DNA of 64,000 nt from an uncultured Acetatifactor sp. (GCA_948896875.1 CAQUWW010000001.1:20056-84055), one strand, 5' to 3'; shown: positions 27,401 through 37,861, counted from the first letter of the stretch. The notes: generated by a model from the letters alone, not told the origin. Translations and numbers: made by a program.

Positions 27401-27553
27401 ACAAGGCAGAATGGGTTCGGACAGTTGCATCATACTTCCAGCGTGGATTTTTATCAGAGTCCGGATTCCTGGAGATCTGTCGGGAATCTGTGGTGCTATG
27501 AATATCAGTTTCGAAAATGCGGGATTCTGGTGTCGCCGGAAATATTTCGTTGA
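24413..27553 (+). CDS. Large glycoside hydrolase, GH106-like
   Basis: PFWAWN, GFGGFHIHVRTG, WLYDEDRWPSGAAGG, IFTDEP, LTGH, PGID and SELYG. Confidence 0.75.
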   Translation: MYLKSNSEELKKEEFRNPSRDFRGAPFWAWNCRLDRETIRSQIHMLKEMGFGGFHIHVRTGMDTTYLSDEYMEYVQYAVEEGKKEQIRAWLYDEDRWPSGAAGGMVTKKPEYRARYLLFTPRPYGSPPAPEEGKPRFAQGRGGNREENGELLAIYDVALGRNGELEEYRIYRKGEKPRGVLWYAYLETAVPNPWFNNQTYVNTLEQEATETFLQITHERYAEVLQEEFGRELLAIFTDEPQHVIKGHLPLAKGKGDVFLPWTPSLQDTFRKEYGYDLLEKLPELFWELPENRISVTRYQYHNHVADRFVGGYCEPLGQWCRRHSLWLTGHVMLEPTLESQSSMVGEAMRCYPSFGLPGIDILCDRHEYNTAKQCQSVVHQTGAPGMLSELYGVTGWDYDFRSHKLQGDWQAALGVTLRVPHLAWMSMKGEAKRDYPASIAWQSPWWKDYRIIEDYFARVNTAMTRGLPCVDIGIIHPIESYWLHWGPQDQTSAVRAQMEERFSHLTELLLFSALDFDFISEALLSGQIGEAGNLFAVGKMKYRTVVVPACETLRESTVECLENFLCQGGRLLFIGPCPVYMDARRDEEIRARLEHLYQAAGRIEFEDSSILAALEKERKLEIRDAAGNPANMLLHQIRQEGEDYWVFIARGRNPVSPDVDPADILTFTFRGAYRIHEYDALTGEIRSLEAEYIQDNTVIRRPWHLHDSLLLRLMPAEQEETAHTGRAREVQEKNMADVCRQEAQEKRYFQKVKVILDEPNTCLLDMAEYALDGEEFRPMEEILRLDNACRRRAGLPERNRNVMQPYLIRKEKPSHKIRLRFSIKSEIVLEKLHLALEDRGDTEIVWNGKKVETEADDWYVDRAIETVPLPGLKTGINMLELTVPLGAQTNTENCFLLGDFGVRVEGTIKTLIPPVRTLAFGDIVTQGLPFYTGNLTYEYDVETNGEFTIRIPQYRGAAVKVGVDGQEKGIPAFAPYECRISDVEPGRHRLSLTLLNTRQNGFGQLHHTSSVDFYQSPDSWRSVGNLWCYEYQFRKCGILVSPEIFR

Positions 27554-27688
27554 TCGGTTTCTGCGTTTTGCAGTCTTCGGAAGGTAAAATGCGAACAAAC
27601 CGCAGGGAAATGGCATTAAGGAAGAAATTCTGTGAAATGCTGTATACAGGCAGTAGAAGTAGGTAGGAGGACAAAAGGCGGAATGAGA

Positions 27689-28609
27689 ATGCTGAAATAT
27701 GTTGTAAAACGGCTGCTGATGTTGATTCCGGTAATCATCGGAGTCACGCTGTTGATCTATGTGGTCATGAGCCTGGCTCCCGGGAATCCGGCGGAATTGA
27801 TTCTGGGGAGTGATGCCACACAGGAAGCGATAGCGGCAAAGGAAGCGGAGCTGGGGCTGAACGAACCCGTTTTGCTTCGCTATGGAAAATATATGCTGAA
27901 TGTACTCAGGGGAGATTTTGGGCGATCCTGGTACAATGGCTATAATGTAATCGACGAGTTTATGTCGAGAGTACCCAACACCATTATTCTGGGACTTTTA
28001 TCGGTCTCATTATCCATTGTTGTCGGTATTCCATTTGGGATTCTGGCGGCAGTACGCCAGAATGGAGTGATTGATTATGCGACGCTGGTTGTGGCAATGC
28101 TGTTCGCATCTATGCCGGCGTTCTGGTTCGGACTGATGGCACAGATTTTCTTCTGTATTCAGCTGGGACTTTTGCCCGCTGTGGGTGCGGATTCGCTGGT
28201 ACATTTCATTATGCCGGCGATTACACTTTCGGGCGGCAGCATTGCGGGAATGGTGCGATTGACCAGAACCAGTATGCTTGAAGTCATTAAGCTGGATTAT
28301 GTCCGGACGGCCAGGGCCAAAGGTGCATCGGAGAGAAGAATTATTTCACGCCATGTGCTCAGAAATGGTCTGCTTCCTGTGGTTACAAGCGTTGGAAGTC
28401 ATCTTGCGGTAATTGTAGGAGGCGCAATCGTCACGGAAAGCGTATTTTCTATTCCGGGAACCGGAAGTCTCATGATAAACGCAGTAAAAATCCGGGATGT
28501 ACCGGTGGTTATGGGAGTGATTATTATCATTGCAGTTTTTGTGGGATGTGTGAATCTGCTGGTGGATTTATTGTATGCGGTGATTGATCCCAGGGTGAAG
28601 CTTGGATAG
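27689..28609 (+). CDS. Opp/Dpp ABC permease (OppB-like)
   Basis: KYVVKRLL..IPV, RGDFGRSW, DYVRTARAKG and DLLYAVIDPR. Confidence 0.93.
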   Translation: MLKYVVKRLLMLIPVIIGVTLLIYVVMSLAPGNPAELILGSDATQEAIAAKEAELGLNEPVLLRYGKYMLNVLRGDFGRSWYNGYNVIDEFMSRVPNTIILGLLSVSLSIVVGIPFGILAAVRQNGVIDYATLVVAMLFASMPAFWFGLMAQIFFCIQLGLLPAVGADSLVHFIMPAITLSGGSIAGMVRLTRTSMLEVIKLDYVRTARAKGASERRIISRHVLRNGLLPVVTSVGSHLAVIVGGAIVTESVFSIPGTGSLMINAVKIRDVPVVMGVIIIIAVFVGCVNLLVDLLYAVIDPRVKLG

Positions 28610-28693
28610 TGTATGGCAATCATCCGGGTAGCTTATACCGGTATAAAGGGAATAGGAAATGGATGCCCGTCGAAGCGGGCAAGGGGTATATTT

Positions 28694-29575
28694 ATGAAAA
28701 AAGGAAAGAAAGCAAAACTGAGCAATAAAAGCCAGATGGGAATGATTATTTTCCGATTCAAAAAGAATAAGCTGGCAATGGTGGGACTGGCGATAATCGC
28801 ATTTTTGATGTTGCTGTGTTTAAGCGCATCTCTGTACATTGATTATCAGGACGTATACAGTCAGAGTATGGCCAACCGGTTTATCCCACCTTTTACAACC
28901 CGGGAGCATATCTTCGGTACGGATCAGTTCGGCAGGGACTTATTTGCGAGAATCATATATGGAGGAAGGATTTCTCTGCTGGCAAGTATCGGCGTTGTGG
29001 CGCTTTCCCTCGTGGCGGGTGTTGTGGTGGGAGGATTTGCCGGATATTTCGGTGGTAGAGTGGACAATATTCTCATGCGCATCTGTGACATCTTCATGGC
29101 AGTTCCCAGAATGTTGCTTGCCATGGCAGTGGTATCCGCGTTGGGACAGGGAACCTTTAAAATGCTGATTGCCCTTTCGCTGGCGCAGTTTCCGCAGTTT
29201 GCCAGAACAGTTCGGGCTTCCATTATCAATCTGCGCAATCAGGAATATGTGGAGGCGTCTAAGTGCTGCGGAACCAGTTCGGTACGGATTATTTTCAAGC
29301 ATGTGGTGCCAAACGGGCTGGGACCGGTGATTGTCTCCGCGACGCTGGCACTGGGAAGCACGATTCTGGCTATCTCCTCCCTGGGTTTCCTTGGGATCGG
29401 CGTGGAATCACCGACACCGGAATGGGGGACGATTTTATCCGAAAACAGGACAAATATCCGCTACTATCCGTACCTGGGACTGGTGCCCGGCATCTTTATT
29501 GCCATTTCGGTAATGTGCCTGAATTTTTGCGGGGATGGTCTGCGTGATGCCCTTGACCCGAGAACAAAGAACTGA
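28694..29575 (+). CDS. Opp/Dpp ABC permease (OppC-like)
   Basis: HIFGTDQFGRDLFARIIYGGRISL, PTPEWG and GDGLRDALDP. Confidence 0.93.
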   Translation: MKKGKKAKLSNKSQMGMIIFRFKKNKLAMVGLAIIAFLMLLCLSASLYIDYQDVYSQSMANRFIPPFTTREHIFGTDQFGRDLFARIIYGGRISLLASIGVVALSLVAGVVVGGFAGYFGGRVDNILMRICDIFMAVPRMLLAMAVVSALGQGTFKMLIALSLAQFPQFARTVRASIINLRNQEYVEASKCCGTSSVRIIFKHVVPNGLGPVIVSATLALGSTILAISSLGFLGIGVESPTPEWGTILSENRTNIRYYPYLGLVPGIFIAISVMCLNFCGDGLRDALDPRTKN

Positions 29576-30579
29576 TGGAGGAGCAGATAGCAATGAGGGA
29601 AAAACTGCTGGAAATAGAAAATTTATATGTGCAATACAATACGGATGAAGCCATTGTCCATGCAGTCAACGGATTATCTTTGACCCTGCATAAGGGAGAA
29701 TCTCTGGGATTGGTAGGGGAGACCGGCGCAGGCAAGAGTACCACGGCTTTGAGCATATTGAGACTGCTTCCGGATAAGGTGGGGGAGATTACGGAAGGCA
29801 GCATTCTTTATGATGGAATCGATATTATTCGGGCAGACCGGGGTACCATGCAGAAGATCCGCGGCGCCAGAATTTCCATGGTGTTTCAGGATCCCATGAC
29901 AAGTCTGAATCCCATTATACCGGTGGGAAAGCAGATTTATGAAGTGCTGGAGCTGCATTTTCCGGATATGACAAGGGAGCAGAAAGAAGAGAAAGTAGAT
30001 GAGATTCTGGAGCTGGTAGGAATTCAGAAATCCAGGAAGGGAGACTATCCACATCAGTTCTCCGGAGGAATGAAACAGAGAATTGTCATTGCCATGGCGC
30101 TGGTGGCGGAGCCGGAGCTGCTTCTGGCAGATGAGCCCACTACGGCGCTGGACGTTACCATCCAGGCCCAGATTTTGAAGCTGATGCAGGAACTGCAGCA
30201 GAAATTTAATACCTCCATGCTTCTGATTACCCATGACCTGGGAGTTGTGGCAGAGTTTTGTGAGAATGTGGCCGTGGTATATGCCGGTGAGGTAATTGAA
30301 AAGGGAAGCGTAGAAGACATTTTTACAAAAGCAAAGAATCATCCATATACGGAAGGACTGTTTCACAGCATTCCGGACCTGACGAGTAATGTAAAACGGC
30401 TTACGCCGATTCCGGGATACATGGCTGATCCCTCTAATTTGCCGAAAGGATGTAAGTTTGCGGACCGATGCACATACTGCGAAGAGCGCTGCAGACAGGA
30501 GGCTCCCGGTGTATACAGGGAGGGGACCCATGAAATAAAATGTTTCCTCTATGAGAAGAAAGGAGGAGACCTGCAATGA
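29575..30579 (+). CDS. Opp/Dpp ABC ATP-binding protein (OppD-like)
   Basis: GETGAGKS, YPHQFSGGMKQR, DEPTTALD, HPYT and a C-terminal Cys cluster. Confidence 0.94.
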   Translation: MEEQIAMREKLLEIENLYVQYNTDEAIVHAVNGLSLTLHKGESLGLVGETGAGKSTTALSILRLLPDKVGEITEGSILYDGIDIIRADRGTMQKIRGARISMVFQDPMTSLNPIIPVGKQIYEVLELHFPDMTREQKEEKVDEILELVGIQKSRKGDYPHQFSGGMKQRIVIAMALVAEPELLLADEPTTALDVTIQAQILKLMQELQQKFNTSMLLITHDLGVVAEFCENVAVVYAGEVIEKGSVEDIFTKAKNHPYTEGLFHSIPDLTSNVKRLTPIPGYMADPSNLPKGCKFADRCTYCEERCRQEAPGVYREGTHEIKCFLYEKKGGDLQ

Positions 30580-31538
30580 CAGGAACGCCGTTGATTCAGA
30601 CAAAGCATCTGAAAAAATATTTTGATACGCCCAAAGGGTCCCTGCATGCAGTGGACGATGTCAGCATTTCTATCGAGGAAGGAAAGACCCTTGGGATTGT
30701 GGGAGAATCCGGATGCGGAAAATCTACGCTGGGACGCACCATTATGCGGCTGACAGAGGCAACGGACGGGGAGATTCTCTATAATGGTACCAATATCAGA
30801 GGCCTCGGCAAAAGAGAGATGAAAAAAATCCGTTCGGATATCCAGATGATTTTCCAGGACCCATACACCTCTTTAAATCCCAGGCTTTCCATTGGCGAGA
30901 TTATAGCGGAACCAATGAAGGTGTTGCATACCGTGAATAAGGGAGAGCAGAAGGAACGAGTGAAAGAGATTATGGACCGATGCGGTCTGCCCCAGCATTA
31001 TTACAATACCTACCCTCATGAGCTGGACGGGGGAAGGCGGCAGAGGGTGGGCCTGGCACGGGCCCTTGCGGTTGACCCGAAGTTTATCGTGTGTGACGAG
31101 CCGGTATCTGCGCTGGATGTCTCCATTCAGGCCCAGATTCTCAATCTGCTGATGGATTTACAGGATGCCAGAGGTTTGTCCTATATGTTTATCACCCACG
31201 ATTTGTGCGTGGTGCGCCATATCAGCGATGCTATTGCGGTGATGTATCTGGGGCAGATTGTAGAATATGCACCGAAGGAAGAATTATTCCAGCAGCAGTA
31301 CCATCCCTACACCAGGGCATTGCTTGCGGCTATTCCTACGCCGGATCTGACCAGGAGGAACAGGGAGAGGCATCTTCTGGAGGGAGAGGTGGGGAATCCC
31401 ATCAATCCGGAACCTGGCTGCCGCTTTGCCTCCAGATGCAAATATGCGACGGACAGCTGCAGAGGGGCACAGGAGCTTACGGAGACGGCACCAGGTCATT
31501 TCGTGCGATGCGGACGGGCTGTGGCCGGTGAAATATAG
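30576..31538 (+). CDS. Opp/Dpp ABC ATP-binding protein (OppF-like)
   Basis: GESGCGKS, YPHELDGGRRQR, DEPVSALD and GCRFASRC. Confidence 0.94.
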   Translation: MTGTPLIQTKHLKKYFDTPKGSLHAVDDVSISIEEGKTLGIVGESGCGKSTLGRTIMRLTEATDGEILYNGTNIRGLGKREMKKIRSDIQMIFQDPYTSLNPRLSIGEIIAEPMKVLHTVNKGEQKERVKEIMDRCGLPQHYYNTYPHELDGGRRQRVGLARALAVDPKFIVCDEPVSALDVSIQAQILNLLMDLQDARGLSYMFITHDLCVVRHISDAIAVMYLGQIVEYAPKEELFQQQYHPYTRALLAAIPTPDLTRRNRERHLLEGEVGNPINPEPGCRFASRCKYATDSCRGAQELTETAPGHFVRCGRAVAGEI

Positions 31539-31695
31539 GGGGCCTCAGCAATGTATACTTATAGTCTGAAATATTTGCCGATTTAAATGGAAATGTCCCG
31601 GCGCATCCATACTGTGAGGGATCCAATTGGTAAATGTATGTGCTCACAGATATAGAACAGAAACGGGAATACAGATAGAAAAGAGAGAACAGAAG

Positions 31696-33765
31696 ATGGA
31701 AAAAGTGTGGTGGGAAAACCCCATGAGGGTGATTCAGTATAATCTGCAGGTGAAGGATACACCTGAAATGGTTCCGGACAGGATAGCGCAGGAGTTGGTA
31801 GAAGACAACGCAAATGCGGTGGTTATCAATGTGGGAGGAATATACGCCTGGTACCGAAGCAGGGTGCCATACCATCATGTCAATGAATTCCTGCCGGAAC
31901 AGGGAGACCTTCTGAAAGAACTGCTCGAAGCCTGCCATGCCCGGGATATTCGGGTAATTGCAAGGTTTGATTTCAGTCAGGCGGAGGACAGGGTATTTCT
32001 GCATCACCCGGAATGGTTTGTACAGCAGGAGGACCATACGCCGCTGATCCGGGGGAAGGAGAGGATGGGTGACTGGTCCATGCTGCTGACGACCTGTATC
32101 AACGGAGGGTATCGAAACGAAGAGGTGGCGGAACCTGTCCTGCGGGAAGTCCTGGGGGAATATGATATTGACGGCATATTCTTTAATGCTCCTTTTGGAG
32201 CGGAATGCCATTGTCAACGTTGTAAAGGGAAATATGAAGAGCTCTACGGGGAAGCTATGCCGGAGAATGCAATAGATTGGAAGAAAGAGTGGCAGTCAGA
32301 CTGCCTGCGGGACAATATGAGACTGTTGAAAAAAGCAGTGAAGGAGATCCGCCCGGATGTGCCGATCATTCTGTATTATTACGGATTTGATCTGATTCCA
32401 GGCATGGAGTGGCCCGTGGACAATCTGGATGACAGGTATGCCACAGCTGATTTGATCTGTACGGAGGCCCAGAATGTCCTTTCTCAGGGGATATCCCGAC
32501 TGCCGGCGATCTGGAAGCCTATGATTAATATGAAAATAGGAAATGCCGTGCCGGGTAATCCCAGGCCGTTTGGCATTATCCATTCCTGTCCGGGAATGGA
32601 CTGGAGGCATACCGGACTGCCAAAAAGAGAGTATCTGTTCTGGATGGCACAGGTAGCGGCGAATCAGGGGTATCTGTGGCATTCTGTGACAGGGTTTCAT
32701 GATACAATCACAGACAAACGTCTTCTGTCTGCTGTCCGGGAGATAAACGGGAGAATTATGCGCTGTGAGGATAAGATGGTATCCGCGGTGTCCGCAGCGG
32801 AAGTGCTCCTTCTGTGGGACGGGAAGAAACCCGCTTCCGGCTGGGTAGAGGGCATGGTGAATATGCAATACCAGTTTGACCTTATGGATTTATATCATCC
32901 GGATACAGAGCGAATGAAACAATACAAAACAGTCATTCTTCCTGATGAATTTCCGGTAGATGAAACATGGGTGAGCGTACTTGAGGAATATGTGAGGGAA
33001 GGCGGGTGTCTGTTAATAGAGAAAAGCAAGGCAGAGAATCTGCATCTGCTCCGGGACCTGGCAGGAATTGGGGAAGAAGCCGTGGAAAGTCAACCGCTGA
33101 CAGCCAGTTATCTGAGACTGGAGACAAAGGATGAGAAGCTTCGCAGGGGTCTGGAGGAGGTTACCTTTTTGCCGCTGAGGGGAAGCGTTCTTTATACGCG
33201 ATGCAGGGCAGAAAGCGCAATGCTGCTTTCGCTGGTTCCCCCCTTTGCTCCTATGGACGGAGTGGGAGCGCCGCCGGAGCGGGCCTCCCTGCCGGCAGCC
33301 CGGACGGATCTGGCGCTTGTGCTGTCTCATCCATATGGAAGCGGCCGGGTGTTGACTTTTGCATTTTCCCTAAGCAGTCTGATTCTTGCATATCACCTGG
33401 AAGACCACTATCTGTTGATGCGCAATTGCCTGGATTATTTGTGTGACAGTAAAGAATTTGAAATGGAACAGAATGTGGCGGGGCTTCTGACAAATGTGTA
33501 CCATGTGGGAGGGGACCGAATTCTGGTACACCTGATTAACGGAATCGGGCAGAGACCTCTTGTGGGAGGAATTTGCTGTGAAGATCTTAAGTTTACCTTG
33601 CGGCTCCCGAAAGGGAAAGTAGTGGAAGAAGTGACCGCAGATATGGAAGAAGAAATGGTTTCCTGGCACCAGAAGGGGAATATGGCAGAGATAACACTGG
33701 ACAGGCTGCAGCTCTGGAATATGCTCACTGTCCGCGTGGGCGTCAGAGAACAGGGGGAAAGATGA
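31696..33765 (+). CDS. Putative glycoside hydrolase, GHL6-like TIM barrel plus GH42-type trimerisation domain
   Basis: DLLKELLEACHARDIRVIARFDFS, HPEWF, CINGGY, DGIFFN, CHCQRC and YVREGG. Confidence 0.7.
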   Translation: MEKVWWENPMRVIQYNLQVKDTPEMVPDRIAQELVEDNANAVVINVGGIYAWYRSRVPYHHVNEFLPEQGDLLKELLEACHARDIRVIARFDFSQAEDRVFLHHPEWFVQQEDHTPLIRGKERMGDWSMLLTTCINGGYRNEEVAEPVLREVLGEYDIDGIFFNAPFGAECHCQRCKGKYEELYGEAMPENAIDWKKEWQSDCLRDNMRLLKKAVKEIRPDVPIILYYYGFDLIPGMEWPVDNLDDRYATADLICTEAQNVLSQGISRLPAIWKPMINMKIGNAVPGNPRPFGIIHSCPGMDWRHTGLPKREYLFWMAQVAANQGYLWHSVTGFHDTITDKRLLSAVREINGRIMRCEDKMVSAVSAAEVLLLWDGKKPASGWVEGMVNMQYQFDLMDLYHPDTERMKQYKTVILPDEFPVDETWVSVLEEYVREGGCLLIEKSKAENLHLLRDLAGIGEEAVESQPLTASYLRLETKDEKLRRGLEEVTFLPLRGSVLYTRCRAESAMLLSLVPPFAPMDGVGAPPERASLPAARTDLALVLSHPYGSGRVLTFAFSLSSLILAYHLEDHYLLMRNCLDYLCDSKEFEMEQNVAGLLTNVYHVGGDRILVHLINGIGQRPLVGGICCEDLKFTLRLPKGKVVEEVTADMEEEMVSWHQKGNMAEITLDRLQLWNMLTVRVGVREQGER

Positions 33766-35765
33766 ATTGGTGGCTGAATAATAATTTGAGAATGATACAG
33801 AATAATATTCGGGATATTGATGTGAAAATTCATCCCAAACGTTATGTGGAGTGGCTGAAATATTTCCATGCCAATACGCTGCAGATAGGCTGCGGAGGAA
33901 TTACTGCAAATTACCCCAGCGAACTTCCATTCCAGTATGTGAATCCCGAACTTTCCGGCGATTTTATTCAGGAAATCATAGAGGAATGCCATGCTGCGGG
34001 AATTCGGGTGATTGTCAGATTTGATTTCAGCAAGACCCGGGGCTGCTACATAGAAAAATATCCGGAATGGTTCGTGCGGACCGCAGAGCAGGATGTAATA
34101 CGCTATCACGATATGGCGGCCACCTGTGTCAACGGAGCGTATCAGCAGGAAATGGCACTTAAGATTATCCGGGAGGTACTGGAGAAATACCCTGTGGACG
34201 GAATTTTCTTTAATATGTTTGGGTATATCACTTTCGACTACAGTGGGAATCATTTCGGCCATTGCCAATGTAAGAACTGCAGGCGGAGATTTGAGGAAAT
34301 GTATGGTAGAGCCCTTCCGGGAAGCATGGAAGAGGCTGACAGTGATTATGAAGAATTTAAGCGTGTAACCACAAAGCAGCTTTTAGAGAGAATTAAGGCT
34401 CTTGTCATGGAGATAAGGCCGGAAGCAGCGGTCAGTACGTATGCGGAGAATGGGGTAGATATCGTGAGAAGCGAGTCTAATTCTGCCGTGGATCGCCCGC
34501 TCCCTTTCTGGATTTATCAAAGTGAAGACAATGTGGCGACCGTGGAAGGCAGCTATTCTGACAAGATTGCGTCGAACTGCTGCATCAATGCAGTGGATCT
34601 GCCCTATCGTTTTATGGGGGTTTCCAAATATCTGAACGCATTCCGGCTCTATGGGAATCTGATGGCCGGCGGCGGGTTGGACTGGTGTATTATCGGAAAT
34701 TTTGACGATTATACAGATTATGAGAATTTTGAACTTGTAAAAAATATTTTTACATTCCATGAAAAGTATGAGAATTATTATGGACACTTTGACAGTCGAA
34801 CCAGGATTATACTGGTAAAGGAGGAAGAACCGCAGTCCTGGAATGCCGAGTATCGGGGAATCTTCAAAATGCTGAAGGAGCAGCATTTGCAGTTTACGGT
34901 GGTACGCAGCGAGGTGCTTGGAACAAAGGCGGAGGAATTTGACGGATACGATTATATTCTGCTTCCGAATGTGCATAGGCTGGATTCTACGGCGGTGAAG
35001 GGACTGAAAAGGACCCGGGCCAGGGTGATAGCAAGCGGGTGCTCCCTGCGGGAAGATTCCCGGGCTCTGGAAGAGCTTTTCGGCATCCGTCTTGCGGGGG
35101 AAGACAGGGATGTAAGAGGGACTTATTTCAAACCGCTGCCCCGGGATATTTTTGATGATTTTCCGGAGCGGAAGTGGATTTTCCTGGATGGTACATACCA
35201 GAACATACAGCTTCTGGAAGGAACACAGGGGGTTCTCCCAAAGGTTGAGAAAGCTTTGTTCGGGCCGCCGGAATACTGTTATGGACATAAAATGGAAGGC
35301 GCGGTTCTGGGCGCGGTCTATAAAGAGAAGAATATCTACATGGCCTTTCAGACAGGAAAACTTTATTACAGGCAGGGATATGAAGAATTCAGCAGAGTAT
35401 ATCTGGATTTGATGGGGATGGGAGGAGAGATTTGCCGGGAGATTGAGACAGACGCATCGCCCATGGTTGAGCTGTGCTATGCCTCCTGCGGTGAAAATAT
35501 TTATATGCTCCAGGCGGCGAACCTGGGAGGCTTCAACGGGGTGACCTTTTTCGAACCGCCCGCGACAGCGGAGATTCACGTGAAGTTCCGGGAAGGTGAG
35601 GTTGCCTTTATACAGGAACTTACCTCGGAGGGAATATGCGAGACAGCACATCAGGGAAATAGCATTTCCTTTGGCTTTGCAAGGGGAGAGCTTTATAAGG
35701 CATATCTGATTCACACAGAACCTTGCAGTGGGGCTGCGAAGGAATTTGCAGAGACGGGAAAGTAA
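33762..35765 (+). CDS. Putative glycoside hydrolase, GHL6-like (paralog of the upstream gene)
   Basis: ECHAAGIRVIVRFDFS, YPEWF, CVNGAY, DGIFFN and CQCKNC; ATGA overlap. Confidence 0.7.
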   Translation: MNWWLNNNLRMIQNNIRDIDVKIHPKRYVEWLKYFHANTLQIGCGGITANYPSELPFQYVNPELSGDFIQEIIEECHAAGIRVIVRFDFSKTRGCYIEKYPEWFVRTAEQDVIRYHDMAATCVNGAYQQEMALKIIREVLEKYPVDGIFFNMFGYITFDYSGNHFGHCQCKNCRRRFEEMYGRALPGSMEEADSDYEEFKRVTTKQLLERIKALVMEIRPEAAVSTYAENGVDIVRSESNSAVDRPLPFWIYQSEDNVATVEGSYSDKIASNCCINAVDLPYRFMGVSKYLNAFRLYGNLMAGGGLDWCIIGNFDDYTDYENFELVKNIFTFHEKYENYYGHFDSRTRIILVKEEEPQSWNAEYRGIFKMLKEQHLQFTVVRSEVLGTKAEEFDGYDYILLPNVHRLDSTAVKGLKRTRARVIASGCSLREDSRALEELFGIRLAGEDRDVRGTYFKPLPRDIFDDFPERKWIFLDGTYQNIQLLEGTQGVLPKVEKALFGPPEYCYGHKMEGAVLGAVYKEKNIYMAFQTGKLYYRQGYEEFSRVYLDLMGMGGEICREIETDASPMVELCYASCGENIYMLQAANLGGFNGVTFFEPPATAEIHVKFREGEVAFIQELTSEGICETAHQGNSISFGFARGELYKAYLIHTEPCSGAAKEFAETGK

Positions 35766-35830
35766 CGAGAGGGAAATGCGCATATAGCGCAAAGAAGATG
35801 CGTATGGCGGAACGCAAATGGGAGGGAGAG

Positions 35831-37861
35831 ATGCAATATTTTGAGAAGTTGACCTTTGGGGCCTGCTATTATCCGGAGCACTGGGATGAGACTTTGTGGG
35901 CAGAGGACCTGGAACGCATGCTGAACGCGGGAATCACCATGATCCGCATTGCGGAATTTGCCTGGAACAAAATAGAACCTGAGGAGGGTGTGTTTGATTT
36001 TTCCTTTTTTGATCGCTTTCTGGATGTGGTAGAGCGGACGAGGATGCAGGTAATCTTTTGTACACCCACGGCTACACCTCCGGCATGGCTGACGGAAAAA
36101 TATCCGGAGGTCCTGGCGGTGGACTGGGGAGGGATGCAGCAGAAGCACGGTGTGCGCAGGCACTATAATTACAATTCTGCTGTCTACCGGGAAAAGACAG
36201 CAAAACTGGTGGAACATATTGCAAGACATTATGGCGGCAGGAAATGTATTATTGGTTGGCAAATTGACAATGAGATGAATGGAGTCACCAATGAATTTTA
36301 TGCGGATGCGGATCATATCGCATTTCGGGAATATCTGAAGAAAAAATACCAGACTCTGGACAAACTCAATGAGGCATGGGGAACCGTTTTCTGGAATCAG
36401 ACCTATACGGACTGGGAGGAGGTATATCTGCCGCGCTACACCCAGAGAAAAGCCTGCAATCCACATATGAAGCTGGATTCTTTGCGGTTTTACAGTGAAA
36501 GCTGTGTTGCATTTGCAGCACTACAGCACGATATCCTGAAGAAATTCCTGCCGGAGCATGTGTTTATCACCACAAATGGGATCTTTAAGCATGTGGATTA
36601 TTCTCAAATGGTCAAAAAAGCGGTTGATTTTATTTCTTTTGACAGTTATCCTGGATTTGGGTATATGGAAGGAGCCGATGAATTCCGGGACAGAAGGATT
36701 TCTCTGTATTTTGCCATGGTGCGGGCCTGCTCGGAGCAGATTGGGGTGATGGAGCAGCAATCGGGACCGGGGGGCTGGTATAATTATCGGGTGGCTCCTA
36801 CTGTAAAACCGGGACAGCTACGGCTCTGGACCTGGCAGTCCATCGCCAACGGAGCGGATTTCGTGACGTACTTCCGCTGGAGGACCTGCTCCTTCGGGAC
36901 AGAGATCTACTGGCATGGCATTCTGGATTATAATAACCGGGACAATCGCAGACTTGCCGAGATCCGAGAGACCATCTGTGAGGCCGGAAGACTGTCTCAT
37001 CTGGCGGGCAGTTCATATATTGCCCGGGTAGCTATCCTGAGAGATTACGATAATGAATGGGATGGTGAAAATGATGTCTGGCATGGACCGGTCAGAAATT
37101 ATTCCCTGGAGGGACTTGGAAAGGCTTTGTTTGAGGAGCACATTCCTTTCAGCTATTTGACGATTACGGAGGACTGTACGCCTCAAAAGCTTGCCGCTTA
37201 TGATGTGGTATTTGCACCGCATATGACGATTGTGAATCCCATGATCCTGGAAAAGCTGAAAAGCTATGTCGCGGCAGGAGGCATATTTGTCTCCGGAGCA
37301 AGGACAGGTTATAAGGATATGAATGGGAAATGTCCCCGGAAGGTGATGCCCATTGACATGAATGATCTGTTCGGCGTAGAGGTCCGGGAATTTACCGCTG
37401 TGATGCCGGAGGAGGAAATTTACGCATCTCTGGGGGAAACAAGGGTGAGAATGCCGCTTTTCTGTGATATTCTGACACCTGTGGCGGAGGACTGTGAGGT
37501 AATCGGCGTCTATGAGGATGATTATTATCGCGGGGAAGGCGCCGTCACCTGCAGTTCCTATGGAAAAGGAAGGGCCTATTATTACGGGTCCGCCTTTGAG
37601 AAGGAAGCTGCGAAGGTATTCTTTCGCGCAATTGGGTTATCTGGTCCTATGGAAGGGCGGATTGTCCTGCCCCGGGACTGCGAGCTTGCCATTCGCAAGT
37701 GTGGAGAGCAGGAATATTACTTTCTGCTGAACTATGCGGGAGAGGAAAGAACCGTGATATTAAAGGAAGGCTTTCGGAACGTGCTGACAGGAGAATGTTT
37801 GGAGGGGACTTATGAGATGAAGGCCTATGACGTATGGATTCTTGTACAGGAGACGGTATAG
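35831..37861 (+). CDS. Beta-galactosidase, GH42
   Basis: GACYYPEHW, IAEFAW, TPTATPPAWL, WQIDNE, LNEAWGTVFW, MEQQ and YFRWR. Confidence 0.92.
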   Translation: MQYFEKLTFGACYYPEHWDETLWAEDLERMLNAGITMIRIAEFAWNKIEPEEGVFDFSFFDRFLDVVERTRMQVIFCTPTATPPAWLTEKYPEVLAVDWGGMQQKHGVRRHYNYNSAVYREKTAKLVEHIARHYGGRKCIIGWQIDNEMNGVTNEFYADADHIAFREYLKKKYQTLDKLNEAWGTVFWNQTYTDWEEVYLPRYTQRKACNPHMKLDSLRFYSESCVAFAALQHDILKKFLPEHVFITTNGIFKHVDYSQMVKKAVDFISFDSYPGFGYMEGADEFRDRRISLYFAMVRACSEQIGVMEQQSGPGGWYNYRVAPTVKPGQLRLWTWQSIANGADFVTYFRWRTCSFGTEIYWHGILDYNNRDNRRLAEIRETICEAGRLSHLAGSSYIARVAILRDYDNEWDGENDVWHGPVRNYSLEGLGKALFEEHIPFSYLTITEDCTPQKLAAYDVVFAPHMTIVNPMILEKLKSYVAAGGIFVSGARTGYKDMNGKCPRKVMPIDMNDLFGVEVREFTAVMPEEEIYASLGETRVRMPLFCDILTPVAEDCEVIGVYEDDYYRGEGAVTCSSYGKGRAYYYGSAFEKEAAKVFFRAIGLSGPMEGRIVLPRDCELAIRKCGEQEYYFLLNYAGEERTVILKEGFRNVLTGECLEGTYEMKAYDVWILVQETV

